Positions 38,820 through 52,644 of a DNA stretch of 64,000 nucleotides are shown piece by piece; the stretch's first letter is position 1; every line of letters starts with the position of its first letter. The notes beneath the pieces were generated by a model, which was not told where the DNA came from, made no database searches, and worked only from the letters and a program-made list of their open reading frames with translations. A program made the position numbers and the translations under genes. The DNA is from Octopus sinensis. Taxonomy: Eukaryota. The stretch is from NCBI RefSeq assembly GCF_006345805.1, contig NC_043001.1, positions 27,032,001 through 27,096,000 of the forward strand, read 5' to 3'.

Positions 38820-39700
38820 ATTGGGTTATCCTATAAATAATGTGGTTTTTCAATTGCATGAACTAAAAGTTGGAGGGGGATGGGATAAATTTTCTGCATT
38901 AACTTGCTACAAAAAGAGGTAGTAATTTTAACTTTGTACTTATTCTTAGTGCAAGTTTTGAAGAGTGCAGTTCGATTTTGACAGTTATTTTGTCAAAGCT
39001 ATAATGGAAGTCACAAAGGAGTATATTTAGCATATTTTCCTTTGAGTTCAATAAAGGCAACAGCACAACAGAAAGTTTGAGGAATAATTAATGTAGAATA
39101 TGGGGATTGGACAATAAGTGTAAGCCAGTGTCAATGGTGGTTCCAGAAATTCCAAGCCTGAAACTACAGCCTAGAAGATGAGCCTCATCCTGCAAGACCT
39201 GTAGTGCTCGACAAGGATGTCCTGCAAACCCTAGTGGAACAAAATCCCATCATAACTGTTAAGGAACTAGCAGAGAAGCTAGGATTTGGTCATCCTACCA
39301 TTCATCAGAAAAGCCAGCAAGACAAAAAGTGTTCTTCCATCAAGATAATGCTCGGCCACATACAGTGAGGATGACATTCCAAAGGCTGGAACAGTTTGAA
39401 TGGTAAATGATGCCCTACCCACCATATTCTCTGGGCATTGTCCTATCTGATTATCATTTATTCCTCAGTCTTCAAAATCATTTGGACAAAAAAATATATG
39501 AATTCTGTTGACAAGGTCAGAACAGTACTGGAGGAGAATTTTTCATCATGGACAAATGAATTTTGGAAGAGGGGCCTTGCAAGTCTACCAGATAGTTGGA
39601 AGAGCATTGTACAAAATGAAGGCAAATATATTTTTGATTTAAAAAAGAACTTTGTTTATCTTAATCTTTAAAAATAAGAGAAGTATAAAATAAAAGAAAC
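38820..39700 (+). mobile_element. Mariner (DD34D-type) transposase pseudogene
   Basis: Decayed motifs CQWWFQKF, LEDEP..GRP, FHQDNARPHT, PPYSLGIVLSDYHLF.SLQNHL; stops and deletions. Confidence 0.85.
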
Positions 39701-40424
39701 ACATCAACTTGTTATCTTGAAGTTATTTGATATGTTCAATTAATTTGATTTGTTCAGTTTTTAAAAAAATTTATCTGCTTCAGATCTCTTGAGTAAAGGC
39801 TTGTATAGGGAATATTTAGTAAGGGAACTTTTATCACCATATCTTATGCAAAAAAAAAACCAACTCAAGAATATAATCATGTCTTACTAAATTATACCCA
39901 ACGTCATAAAAAAAAAAAAATCTGACCTCTCAAGATGTTATGTGGAACCATATCTAACAACAATTTCATCTTTGGCACTATATATTCAGCACGTTTTAGC
40001 CACTACAGGTAGACAGGAGATTGGACACAGCATATGGCTGGCAGTAGCAGAACTAACATCAAGCCAGAGTGTAGTCATAACACAAAAGCAATGGACAGTG
40101 GCTGCAGCAACACACTATGACCAGCTAATATCAAGAAACTTAAGACCACAACTACTAATATACCTAATCCAAGAGCACTAAGCTTTAAACTATCTTGGTG
40201 TTTGTCATTGGTAGTAACAACAACATTTTTGTTTACAATAAAAATAAATATTGTTTTTATTAAAAATCTCAAACAGATTTCAGTGTTCTTTATGGTAACA
40301 GGATGTTTGCATTATAAAAAAAACATTTAATTGTTTTTAATATATTAATATTTTTAAAAATCTCATAAACATTATTTAGCTATGGAGGAACCATTCAGAA
40401 CTTTTCCTTCATATAGTGCGACTG

Positions 40425-40760
40425 GGAGACCCCCTTTGGTCATGAATGATCATGGGATTGCACCTAGAAAGTTACCCTCCGAGGTACAAGTTTAGGCAAG
40501 GTTGTTTATGGAAGGCCAGCAGTTGCCCATGCATACCATCCTCCCCTCTTCACACCACTGATGTTCTCCAAGGGAAAGGCAAAGGCCGATACAGCTTGGC
40601 ACCAGTGATGCCGTTACTCATTTCTACAGCTGAGTTAACTAGAGCAACATGAAATAAAGTGTCTTGCTCAAGAACACAACATGCAGCCTGGTCCGGGAAT
40701 TGAACTCACAATCTGACAATCGTAAGCTCGACGCTCTAATCATTGAGCCATGCGCCTTCA
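40425..40760 (-). mobile_element. tRNA-derived SINE (third family; partial copy about 47690-47885)
   Basis: Head GAAGGCGCATGGCTCAATG...GAGTTCAATTCCCGG (A/B boxes) followed by GTGTTCTTGAGCAAGACACTTTA. Confidence 0.75.
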
Positions 40761-40979
40761 CATAGTGTGACTACAACCATTAATTAGTCTGTCAGGCCTT
40801 CCTTGTTTTCTGATTATTTCCCTATGACTGATTACATTAGCATGAAATATAATTGAAGAGAAATAACTAAATTGGGAATGGAAACCAGATCAAGCTCTCA
40901 GTTTATTAAAATTATAATTCCATTTGATGTTAATACTTATTCTAAAAATGATTTCGTTAATTTTTCTTCTGAGACTTAC

Positions 40980-41155
40980 CAGTGTTCGGTTTACATATAA
41001 CTCCAGCAGCTTCATCCTTTTTACAGTCATGTTCAGTATCATATGAACAATATTGCAAAGCTCTTTCGTCTCCTTTACAGTCTGTATTATCCATTAGAAA
41101 GTTTTCTGATTCTGCCAAACCATATCTTGAATTTCCTGTAGCTACTTCAGCACCC
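40980..41155 (-). CDS. Coding exon 4: SRCR domain C-half (GAEVATGNSRYG...FLMDNTDCKGDERALQYC...HDCKKDEAAGVICKPNT)
   Basis: SRCR signature C.G.E..L..C ... H.C...E.AGV.C; six Cys over exons 3-4 (group A); acceptor ttttttag, donor G|gtaagt; phase 2 to 1. Confidence 0.93.
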
Positions 41156-41175
41156 CTAAAAAATGAAGTAGATGC

Positions 41176-41229
<54 letters not shown>

Positions 41230-41579
41230 ACACACATACATATGTGAGTGTGTGTGTGGGTGTATCTTTTGGTATTATATATACAATTCTAGAAAGACTT
41301 CATGCAAAATTTGAACACAGGATGTAAAGGACATAACTAAGTGTTCACAGGGTATTTCATGTGTTGCTCAACCAATTTTGCTATTCAAATAAAAAGATCT
41401 AGTGTTGGAACAAATTCACCCATTCTATGTTGGAGAAATGTAATCAACTTATTCAACTCCAGGACTTTACTGGTATTTGTTTTATTGGCTCTGATCTGAT
41501 AGAAAATCAAGACAACTATTGGGACATTTCAAATCAGAATGCAAAGAAATTAACTACTTTACAAGACTGAAAAGAAATA

Positions 41580-41842
41580 TGCGTAGGATTACGGTTTCGA
41601 TTCCCAGACCGGGTGTTGTGAGTGTTTATTGAGCGAAAACACCTAAAGCTCCACGAAGCTCCGGCAGGGGGTGGTGCCGATCCCTGCTGTACTCTTTCAT
41701 CACAACTTTCTCTCACTTTTTCTTCTGTTGACCTGCTCACTTAGCCAGCGGGGTGGCGTCATTTGAAGGCTAAAACAATGCGAATTGCATTGTGACCAGC
41801 GATGTGTAGCAACATCTGATAGCCTGGTCAGTCACAGTGATA
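41580..41842 (+). mobile_element. tRNA-like SINE; inverted 3' fragment at 42114-42232
   Basis: B-box-like GGTTTCGATTCC; 41730-41840 is the reverse complement of 42122-42232. Confidence 0.6.
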
Positions 41843-41925
41843 TATATATATCGCCATGTTGGTTCGTTAGTTACTGCACGCATTTTTTTTCTCTCCTTCT
41901 TTCTGTGTTTTTTTCTCTCTGTGTA

Positions 41926-41963
41926 TCTTTCTGTTGAAGAGCGTAGGCTCGAAACGTTAAAGA
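41926..41963 (+). ncRNA. Minimal hammerhead motif (A6U variant) in a PLE pseudo-LTR remnant (about 41850-42060)
   Basis: tcttt CTGTTGA a gagc-gtag-gctc GAAA cg TT aaaga. Confidence 0.55.
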
Positions 41964-42059
41964 CTTGTTTTATTTATATTTCCTGAGCACCATACTAATA
42001 CAATTGTTTGTTTGTTTTCCACCTGCCTTCGTCTTTTGTCTATTTTCATAAAGCTTCCC

Positions 42060-42117
<58 letters not shown>

Positions 42118-43289
42118 CATGATCACCGTGACTGACAAGGCTATCAGATGTTGCTACACATTGCTGGTCACAATGCACTTCGCATTGTTTTAGCCTTCAA
42201 ATGATGTCACCCCGCTGGCTAAGCAAGCAGGCCAATATATATATATATCATCATCATCATAATCATCATCGCTTAATATCTGCCTTCGATGTTGGTATTG
42301 AGGTACAACTTTTAAGCTCTATTGTAATTTTTAATTTCACCCCCATCCAATCTTTGTTTCTCCATACGCTTCCACAGGTACTTTTAATTTTAGTGGGAAA
42401 TTTCTAACTTCACTTTCTCCTAGATATCTTCGTGGAGAACTGTCTACTTGTGCCATCTGTATTGAATCTCGTTTTCTCTCCCATGCATCCCTCACCACCA
42501 CCTTGAAGGAGGTTTGAATGCATCTCCACAATTTGATCTTTGTGTATGTTTGTTACCCTGCTTGTGTATGAGCATGTTCGCTGGAATTCTATGGGAACAT
42601 ATTTATGCACCTAAGTATGTGTATATATGTGTATGCATATAGAGAAACAGATAGTGCACTCGACAATTTCTACGATCTGTGAATTGTTATTACTGGAGCA
42701 TAATATATGGGTACATATAATGCATATAAACAGCCTGTGAGCCCCACATGCATATCTCTACTTGTAATGTATTGTTCATATACACACTTATAAAAATGAG
42801 TGCATGTTTATGTATATATGTTTCCAATGCTGATGATGATTTAGAAGTATATATTATCCTTGTGTGCATGGCTACTTCTGCATTGCCAAAAACTAATTGC
42901 TGCCTTAATAATTTCTGTCCCCATTCCCAACCAACATATTTGTGTATCGACAAGGCTTTATGAAACTGAATGAAACTGTAATTGTAATTCATGCTCCAAC
43001 TTATACCTTACCTGCCTACACTAAGCCAAAGGACTTGCTACCTCCAGGCAAGCGACTGTTAAGACCTATCAAGATACTGAAAAATCCCCACAACTGCTCT
43101 CCCAGGCTTCCCAGGTTCACAAGTTCAGAGTTGCAACTATCAACATCAATACAATGAAAAGTAAGTCTGTTGAGATTGTTGAAATGCTTGAGTGGGGGCA
43201 TGTAAATGTGTGCTATGTGCAAGAAGAACGATGGAGGGGAGCCTGAGTTAGACTGCTTACAGGCAGGGGACATAGATACAAGTTCTGGG

Positions 43290-44168
43290 TGGGAAGCAAT
43301 GACCGTTAGGCAGTGTAGGTATTCTTTTGGCAGAGAAATGGTGAGTAAGGTGAATGAGTAGACAGGGTATGTGATAGGATTATTAAGTTAAGATTATCCT
43401 GTTTAATCTAACAGTGTTATTTATCTCTGCATATGCTCTACATGTTGGATTTGCAGATATTCAAAATGTCTGTGTCTGTGAATCACTTCTGCAGATTACC
43501 TTGATGATGCTGATCAATGATGTTCTCATCAAGGCAGAGGACTACAATGGCCGAGATGCTAAGCTATCTGGTAGAGTTGGATAAAGTCTAGTCATTCATA
43601 TAGTTAATCAGGTTGTTCAGGCAGGTGTAATCCCTAGTGAATGGTGCAGAAGTATCATAGTCAGCTGCTACTAGGACAAGAGAGATGCTTTAGACAGAAG
43701 TAATTATAAAGGCATCAGATTGTCTCTATAATTAAGGAAGGGGGAGACACAAGAAGACATGTGGAACAAAATAATTAGAGGCCGATCTCAAAACACTGAA
43801 TCATAGAGGAGCTGACAGAAGACTGAGATGTGTTGTGCATTGCTATACTCCAGAAGACCTGCCCACCACAGCAGAATTAAGATCCTAAGAGTAAGGTGCC
43901 ACATAAAAAGCATTGGTGTGGGTGCTGGTGCCATGTAAAAAGCACTGGTGCTGGTACCACATAAAAAGCACTGGTGCTGGTACCACATAAAAAGCACTTA
44001 GTACATTCTGTAAAGTGGTTGGCATTAGGAAGGGCATCCAACCATAGAAACCAAGCCCAAACAGATTGTGGAACTTGGTGTGGCTCCTCATCTTGCCAGT
44101 TCTTGTCAAGCCATTCCAACTCATGTCAGCATGAAAAATGGATGTTAAATGTTGATGATGATGATGAT
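43290..44168 (+). mobile_element. Internally deleted RTE LINE (APE and RT fragments plus 3' UTR)
   Basis: Decayed GVGILLAEKW..DRIIKLRL..ISAYA and GVIPSEWCRSIIV...DRSNYKGIRL, then (GAT)n-tailed 3' UTR. Confidence 0.7.
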
Positions 44169-45446
44169 ATATATACCCCTCCCTTCCCAAAGGATTTTTG
44201 TCTTGTAAGTTACTTGGTGACTCTGTCAGTGTAGGTACCACTTAAAAAGCATCTAATCCACACTGTAAAATGGTTGGCATTTGGAAGGGTGTCCAGCTGT
44301 AAAACCCTTGCCAAAACTGATCTTGCCTGTGGTTTTGCCACATAAAAAGCACTAAGCCACTCTGCTGGGTTGTTAGTGTTAGGAAGGGCATCCAGCTGTA
44401 AAAATCCTGCCAAAACAGTCACAGAAGTTTGGTGCAGGCTTCTATCAGGATGGCTCCTATCAAATCATCCACCACCCCATCCAGCATGGAAGGCAGATGT
44501 CAAATGATGATGATGATGATACATATAGAGCTGGCAGAAACGTTAGCATGCCGGGTGAAATGCGGAGCCGTATTTCGTCTGCCGTTACGTTCTGAGTTCA
44601 AATTCCGCCAAGGTCAACTTTGCCTTTCATCCTTTCAGGGTCGATTAAATAAGTACTAGTTATGCACTGGGGTCGATGTAATCGACTTAATCCGTTTGTC
44701 TGTCCTTGTTTGTCCCCTCTGTGTTTAGCCCCTTGTGGGTAGTAAAGAAATAGATACATATATATCTGCTGTATGCAAGAGATAAGACTACACTAGTTTG
44801 GTTATATGATGTGGATGGATGCTGACAGCTCCATAAAGAAGTGCCGGTCTCTCAAAGCAGATGGAGCACACGACAGTGGAAGAACGACCTCAGAACACTG
44901 AACCTTTTAGGTGAGATGTCAAAGGACTGAGATACTTAGTGTCTTGTACTTAAGAAAAAGCATACTCTGCAGCAGAAGTCCCTCTGGTGGTGTAAAGCAC
45001 TCATGATGGCATCACATAAAGTGCCTGTTCAGTGCCATGTTAAACTGCCTGTATGGTGACACATTAAGGTGCCCATGTGGTGCCATATAAAAACACCCAT
45101 GTAGTTCCACATGAAAACACTTGTGCAGTGCCATGTAATAACGCCTGTACGGTGCCATATTAAAGCATCTGTGTGATACCACATAAAAGCACCCAGCACA
45201 ATCTGTAAAGTGGTTGGCATTAGGAAGGGCATCCGGCCATAGAAACCATGCCAAATCAGACTGGAGTCTGATGTGGCTCCCCAGCTTGCCAGATCTGGTC
45301 AAAGTGTCCAACCCGTGCCAGCATGAACTATAGACGTTAAATGATGACGATGATGATGATGATGATCTTAAACAAAGCACTTAGAACTGTATTTGATTAT
45401 ACAGGGAAAGTACAGGATATAAATAAAACTACTGAAACAATAAAAA

Positions 45447-45841
45447 TCTCTATATATAAAGCTGAAGTTGTCTGTGTATGGCAGGTTTGGTAGCCTTCAG
45501 CTAACACTATCTCCTCCAAGACCCTGCAGCACAAATTGACTAAAATTAAGAGTATGATAGAAGAAGGCTTGCTCTTTATTCCGTAAAAGAAAAAATTCAA
45601 ATTGGACCATGTTAAGACCAAAAATTATTTACATAAAAAAGGTGCTTCTTTTCTATGAAAATCCCTATTTTTTACGATTTTTTGACTGCTGTGTCGCTAT
45701 TTTTCGGTGTATTTCAACCAGAAAAATAAAATGTTCACTTAAAGAGAATAACAAGCTACATAATGCAAAATTTTTACTTTTCAAAAATTCCAATTCTAAA
45801 AGGTCGAAACAAACCCGAGCAATGCTGGGCGATACTGCTAG
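45447..45841 (+). mobile_element. Non-autonomous Helitron (395 bp)
   Basis: A|TCTCTATATATAAAG 5' end, subterminal hairpin CCCGAGC-aat-GCTGGG (45814-45829), 3' CTAG|T, no TSD. Confidence 0.8.
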
Positions 45842-45878
45842 TGATATAAAATTCAGTTAAAATGTATCAAGTTCTCAC

Positions 45879-46013
45879 CTGGAAAATCCAAGTTGTTTAC
45901 AGGCTACATTGGCATCCTTCATATCCCAGTTGTCATCACAGACATAACCCCAGCTGTTGTTACGGTAAATACTTATCAGACCAGCATTGTAGAAAGAGGT
46001 GTTACCAACAAGC
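45879..46013 (-). CDS. Coding exon 3: SRCR domain N-half (LVGNTSFYNAGLISIYRNNSWGYVCDDNWDMKDANVACKQLGFS)
   Basis: SRCR signature WG.VCDD.WD..DA.V.C.QLG; acceptor ttttgcag, donor AG|gtgaga; phase 2 to 2. Confidence 0.93.
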
Positions 46014-47944
46014 CTGCAAAACAAATTTAGTTTGATTTACATTAATATCAACTGTTTTTATTTGTTGTATTTAACTCATTGTATGAATATAACAATGGAC
46101 CAGAGAGCAAGGGCACAAGATAGTAGAGTACTGGTTAAGTTGGTTGGGTACTAAGAGTAAGTTGATAGGGTGCTAGCCAAGTCAGTTGGGTGATGACTAA
46201 ATTGGCAGGTTGTGGATCTTGTCTGTAGTTCCTGTCACTAATATGGACCTGGTCCCATGGTCAATATACATAGCTCTCAATGTCCCAACCTGTAAATTGT
46301 AAATTGACAGTGCAACATCAGTTGCCTTGAAATAATAACAATATACAGGCCACAGGCATGACTGTGTGGTTAAGAAGTATGCATTGTAACCATGTAGCTT
46401 TGGGTTCAATACCATTACACAGCACTTTGGGCAAGTGTGTTCTGTTATTGCCCCAAGTCAACCAATGTCTTGAGCTAACTTGGTTGGCAGAAACTGAGTG
46501 GAAGTCCATTGTATATATATATGTTTGTATATATATGTACATATATATGTTTGTGTGTGTGTGTGTGTGTACATATATATATTGGTTGGTTGGCATCCTT
46601 TTTTGTCTCGGGAGACAATGGAGTTGTGCATAAAATAGTCTAGTCCGGCTTTTACATTTCATGCATATATATATATATATACATATATGATCATTACCAG
46701 TGTCGCCTCACTGACACCTGTGCTGGTGACACGGGAAAAACAACATTCGAGCAGGTGGCATGTAAAAAACACCATTCGAGCGTGGTCGTTGCCAGTACCA
46801 CTTGACTAGCCCTCGTGCCAGTGACACGTAAAAGCACCCACTACACTCAAGGAATGGTTAGCGTTAGGAAGGGCATCCTGCTGTAGAAACTCTGCAAGAT
46901 CAGATTGGAGCCTGGTGCAGTCATCTGGCTCGCCAGTCCTCAGTCAAACCATCCAACCCATGCCAGCATGGAAAGTGGACGTTAAACGATGATGATCATG
47001 ATGATGATATATATATGTATGTGTGCATCATTGTATTTATACTTGTACCCTAACATTGATGGACAACCAGTGTTAGCTTGTTTACATTGCTATAACTTAG
47101 TGATTTGGCAAAAGAAACTGAATATATATTTTATTATTTCTTTTAATATCTAAAATAGTTGTTGGCTGGTTTGATTAGTTTTTGGGAATTCTTGATATGT
47201 AAATCATAGTTTTTATATCTTATTTGCAAGATTCTTTATCTGAATCTGTGTGTTGAAAAAACTTTTGTGTGTAGGAAGAGTCATTGTGTCAATATTATTA
47301 ACAAACTCAAGGCAATGAGCTGGTAGAAATGTTAGTGGTATTTCGTCTGCCGCTACGTTCTGAGTTCAAATTCCGCCAAGGTCGACTTTGCCTTTCATCC
47401 TTTCGGGGTCGATTAAATAAGTACCAGTCACGCACTGGGATCGATATAATCGACTTAATCCGTTTGTCATTCCTTGTTTGTCCTCTCTTTGTTTAGCCCC
47501 TTGTGGGTAGTAAAGAAATAGGTATTTTGTCTGTCTTTATGTTCTGAGTTCAAATTCCACCAAGGTTGACTTTGCCTTTCATACTTTCGGGGCTGATAAA
47601 TTAAGTACCTGTTGAGTACTGGGGTTGATCTAATTGACTGGCCCCCTCCTCCAAAATTTGAATGTGGGTGTCATTGGGGCACTGCAGCCAAGTAGCATAT
47701 CTAGGACAAGAAAGTCTAGCTGAGCCCTTCGTTCTCTAGATTAAACTCATTGTTACTAGCTGAGTGGATTGGAGCAACATGAAATAAAGTGATTTGCTCA
47801 AGAACACGATGAATTGCTTGGTCCAGGGATCAAAACCACAATCTTATGTCATGAATCCAACACCCTAACCACTAAGCCACATGCCTGATGATTTAGGGAA
47901 CTTATAAAAGTTGTAAAATGCAGAGAATGTTTTGTCAATCTTAC

Positions 47945-48006
47945 CCGATGTGGCTGTGGCCAAGAGGTTCAAAAAAGACAGCTTTATTTTCAGATTCATG
48001 TCGAAG
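47945..48006 (-). CDS. Coding exon 2 (linker LRHESENKAVFFEPLGHSHIG)
   Basis: Strong acceptor ttttcgttttgttttag, donor GG|gtaaga, 62 nt, open in phase 0 to 2, exactly bridging exon 1 (phase 0) and the SRCR exon (phase 2). No domain motif, so less certain. Confidence 0.6.
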
Positions 48007-48021
48007 CTAAAACAAAACGAA

Positions 48022-48208
48022 AATTTTATATTTTTTATATTTTACACACTCACACACACACACACACACACACATGCATACACACACATGCACACACACA
48101 TATACACACACATGCACACATGCATACACATATGCACACACACACACTCACACGCATACACACATGCACACACACATATACACACACATGCACACATGCA
48201 TACACATA

Positions 48209-48239
<31 letters not shown>

Positions 48240-48380
48240 TTTAATATTTCACTTAAGCATAGTGGTAGTAATAACCAGCTTTTAGAACACAATACACACA
48301 TGCTCATGAAAAAAGCATTGGTCAGCTACAGAGCACAATAAGAGATGATATAAATGACAAGGGGACAAGAAATTTTATAA
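48022..48380. repeat. Intronic segment duplicated in inverted orientation at 52371-52686
   Basis: Unique flanks and the (CA)n core are reverse complements with a few substitutions. Confidence 0.92.
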
Positions 48381-48634
48381 TGAAATTCATTAGCTTACAG
48401 CAGAAACAGCCGTAAGCTAATGAAGTTTATTTGATGGTTTCATATTTCCTTGTCATTTGTGTGGTACAATAGCTTCTCAACCGCATAGTTTCAGGTTCTG
48501 TCACACTGCATGGTACCTTGGGCAAGTGTCTTCTACTATAGCCCTGGGTTGACCAAAGCCTTGTGAGTTAATCAGGTAGATAGGAACTGAAAGAAGTGTG
48601 TTGCGTATGTGTATGTAAATCTCTGTATGTGTGC

Positions 48635-48668
<34 letters not shown>

Positions 48669-48715
48669 CATTTGGAAAAATTACATATATATATATATAA
48701 TATATATATATATAT

Positions 48716-48747
<32 letters not shown>

Positions 48748-48836
48748 TTTTAATCCAAACGGGAAACAAAAAAACAACAACAATGGAACAATTACAGTAT
48801 TATTATTAATAGGCGCTCAGGAAATGGAAGCAGGGA

Positions 48837-48873
48837 GGTATGACGTTTCGAGCGGAGCTCTTCATCGGAAACA
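48837..48873 (-). ncRNA. Minimal hammerhead motif (U4C variant) in a PLE pseudo-LTR remnant (about 48750-49040)
   Basis: Reverse strand gttt CCGATGA a gagc-tcc-gctc GAAA cg TC atac. Confidence 0.5.
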
Positions 48874-49044
48874 TAAAGAAGGAAGAGAGAGGAAAGAAAG
48901 ATCCCAGAGTGGGCAACAGGGAAAGAGAAAAAAGACGACTGGTGTTTACGAGTTGCACATGGTGAAAGGCGGATGTTTACGATAACAGAGCAAAGTGGGT
49001 TTTTAAAGGCAAAAGAGTGGAGACAAGGTTGGTAACGCAACAGA

Positions 49045-51110
49045 TGTGTGTGTATGTGTGAGTGTGTGCGTGTGCGTGTGTGTATGTGTGTGTGTGAGGC
49101 GAGATGAAAAAACAAAAAAAAATATATGTGTGTGTTAGTGTGTGCGTCTGTGTGTAGGCGTGTGAGGTAGGGCGAGACTAGTGGTCAGCTTAGCAGACAA
49201 GGTCAGTAGTAAGAAAAAGAAGGAAGGAGGAAGGGAGGGAGGGGAAGGGGTGGGGGCGTATGTAGCGTGCCAGCGTGTGTTGAGTAGTAGTGTGTGTGTG
49301 TGTCCAGTGTCGTGGTGGTATTAATGGCGAGTAGATTGAATGTGTGTAAGAGTAATGTATATATTTAAGCAATGTGTGTATATGTGTGCGCGTGTGTGTA
49401 ACGAAAAAGGGGGGGTTAAGGAAAAAGGACTCCAGCTGAGGGGAAGATGGAAGAGTGGTCCCGCGGAGACGGGCGTGGGAGAACCCAACGACATGCGACG
49501 GTCCCAGGAACGGGCGGGAGGTCTCGTCGGGTCCAAGAGCGAGGTGCATGCGGCGCGTATGCGTGCGCGAACCGGCGCAAGCGCGTGTGTGCGCGCGCCT
49601 GCGAGTATGCGCGTAAGTATGTATGTGTGTGGATGTGTGAGTGTGTCTGTGTGTATGTCTGGGTGGCAGTGTGTCCGATGAATGTATGTGAGTATGTGTG
49701 TATGTATGTGTGTGCATAGATGTATGTCCGTGTGTGTGTGTGTGTGTATGTGTGTGAGTGTGTATGTATGTACGTGTGGGTGTGGGGAAGTGTGTGTATG
49801 TGCATGTGTGTGCGCGTACATACAGGTGTGTGAGTGAGTGTGTGTGTGTGTATGTATGTATGTGTGAGTGTGTATGTATGTGTGTGTAGGATGCATGTAT
49901 GTGTATGGGTGTATGTATGCGTGTGTGTATGTATGTATGTGTACGTGCGTGTGTGTGTATGCGTGTAGGTGTGCGCGTGTGCATGCATGCATGCATGTGC
50001 GTATGTGTGTGTGTGTGCATGTGTGTGGGTATATATGTATGTGCGTATATGTGTGTGTATGTGCGTACATGTGTGTGTGTGTATGCATGTGTGTGTATGT
50101 AGGTGTGTAGGCGTGTGTGTATAGGTGTATGTATGTAAGTATGTATGGGTGTGTCCGTGTATGTGTGTGTATGTATGTGTGTGTATGTAGGTGTGTGGGC
50201 GTGTGTATATGTGTGTATGTAGGTGTGTGGGCGTGTGTATATAGGTGTGTATGTCTGGGTGTGTCCGTGCATGTTTGTGTGTGTGTGTGTATGCATGTGT
50301 ATGTAGGTGTGTGTGTACGTGTGTAATGTATGTGTGTATGCGTGTGTATGCGTGCGTGTGTGTATGTAGGTGCGTGTGTATGTGTGTGGGAGTGTAGGTG
50401 TGTGTGTGCGTGTGCGTGTTTATGTTGGTGTGTGCGTATGTGAGTGTGAGTGTATGGGTGTTTGTCATGCATGTGTGTGCGCGTGCAGGTGAGTGTGTGT
50501 GTAAGTATGTGTGTGTGTATGTTTGTGTGAGTGTGTATGTGTGTATGTATGTGCGTATAGGAGTATGTGGGTATGTGTGTGTGTATGTATATGGGTGTAT
50601 GTATGTATGTGTGTGTGTGCATGTGTATAAGTATATGTGTGTGTGCGTATGTGTGTATATGTGTATGTGTGTGTGTTTATGTATGTGTGTATGTATGTGT
50701 GTAGGCGTGTGTGTGTGTAGATGTATGTATGTATGGGTGTGTGTCCGTGTGTGTTTGTGTGTGTGTGTAGGTAGATGTGTGTGTCTGAGTGAGGGTATGG
50801 CTGTGTAGGTGTGTGTGTGTATGAATGTAAGTGTGTGTGTATACAAGTGTAATGTATGTATGTAGGTGTGTGTGTGTATGTGTACGTGTGCGTGTGTACG
50901 TGTGTGTGTGTATGCGTGTGAGTGTGAGTGTATGGGTGTATGTCTGTGTGTGTGTATGTCTGAAGTAGGTATGTATGTGTATGTATGTATGTGTGTGTGT
51001 GTGCAGGTATGTGTGTGTATGTGTGTGTGTGAGTAGGTGTGCGTGTATGTATGTGGGTAGGGATGCATGCGAGTGTGTGGGTATGTATGCATACATACGC
51101 ACGCGCACAT
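49045..51110. repeat. About 2-kb degenerate (GT)n/(GTAT)n tract
   Basis: Source of the H/T and C/V pseudo-ORFs. Confidence 0.95.
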
Positions 51111-51239
51111 CCGAAGCAAGCCCACACACACGAAGCGCGCTCACGCACACAACGGACAAGCAGTACAACGCAAGCCCAAGGGGCCGACCAAGCCCCCAGC
51201 GCGCGCCAAGGCGCGCGAGCGCAAAGGCCTCGAAACCGA

Positions 51240-51300
<61 letters not shown>

Positions 51301-51456
51301 CTTTCTATAAGATGTAATTTTTCTAAATGGTATAATTTAATTTTTTCATTATTGAATTGATAAAAGGTGTCTTTTTCTAATTTTATATTTTGTGAAATTT
51401 GATTTAGTATTTTTAAATTGAATTTTTCTCTGTAAGTTTGGAATAATATTCCCTCA

Positions 51457-51577
<121 letters not shown>

Positions 51578-51581
51578 GTGT

Positions 51582-51625
<44 letters not shown>

Positions 51626-51934
51626 TAAAACTTACTTAGAAAAAGATGCGTGGCGTTCGATCATATAATAATATAAATAATATATAATTATATGCATATA
51701 TACATACATATATGTACATACCTACATATATATGTATATATACATGCATATATGAGTACAGGACATCGAAAAAACGTTGAACACAATGAGAAACAAAAAC
51801 ATAAAAACAAAAACATAGAAACGAACTTTTTTTGGGACAGCGAAAAAAATAGAGAAATGAGACATGCAACATAAAGAATATTCCTCTTCATCAGTTGTCC
51901 CTGTTTCATCTACTCCTTGTTTTGAAGGCATATA

Positions 51935-52511
51935 AGTGATTATTAGTGATGACTACGTTATGCCTCTATTCATCTTTCCACATGGCCTCAGACTCAGCAC
52001 GGAGGCCTATATCAAGTGCCTGGAGGATGTAGTGCTACCCTGGGTCAAGAGGGTAGCTACTGGAAGACCCTATTCTGGCAACAAGACTCTACTCCATGCC
52101 ACACAAGCAGGATAACCCAGACAATTTCTGCGACCACATCACCCCTGACATCTGGCCACCTAACTCCCCAGACTGCAACCCACTTCATTATTATGCGTGG
52201 GGCGCAGTTGAGCGAGAGACCAACAAAATTCTTTGTAACACCAAAGATGAACTGAAGGCAAGGATAACGACAGCATTCATCAACTTAACAAGGAGACCGT
52301 CCTGATAAGCTGCAGGCGATTCAGAAATCGTCTGGAGGCCGTGATTAAAGCCAATGGCGATTTTATTGAATTATAAAATTTCTTGTCCCCTTGTCATTTA
52401 TATCATCTCTTATTATGCTCTGTAGCTGACCAATGCTTTTTTCATGAGCATTTGTGTATTGTGTTCTAAAAGCTGGTTATTATTACCACTATGCTTTAGT
52501 GAAATATTAAA

Positions 52512-52547
<36 letters not shown>

Positions 52548-52605
52548 ATATGTGTATGCATGTGTGCATGTGTGTGTATATGTGTGTGTGCATGTGAGTG
52601 TATGC

Positions 52606-52644
<39 letters not shown>

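Noticed and set aside
46197-46290. Possible extra exon after a tttacag acceptor
   Set aside because: Stops in all frames before any good donor.
49190-51168. 368-571 aa His/Thr-rich ORFs
   Set aside because: Degenerate (CA)n repeat lacking stops by composition.
49440-51240. GC/CpG-rich patches (49440-49620, 51100-51240) as CpG islands or exons
   Set aside because: Embedded in a noisy dinucleotide tract; they look like low-quality consensus, with no coherent frame or splice sites.
51870-51930. Additional hammerhead at CTGATGA (minus strand); likewise CTGAAGA at about 63789 and the GAAACAGCCGTA hairpin at about 48385-48425
   Set aside because: Could not assemble all three stems with both core halves; at most fragments.
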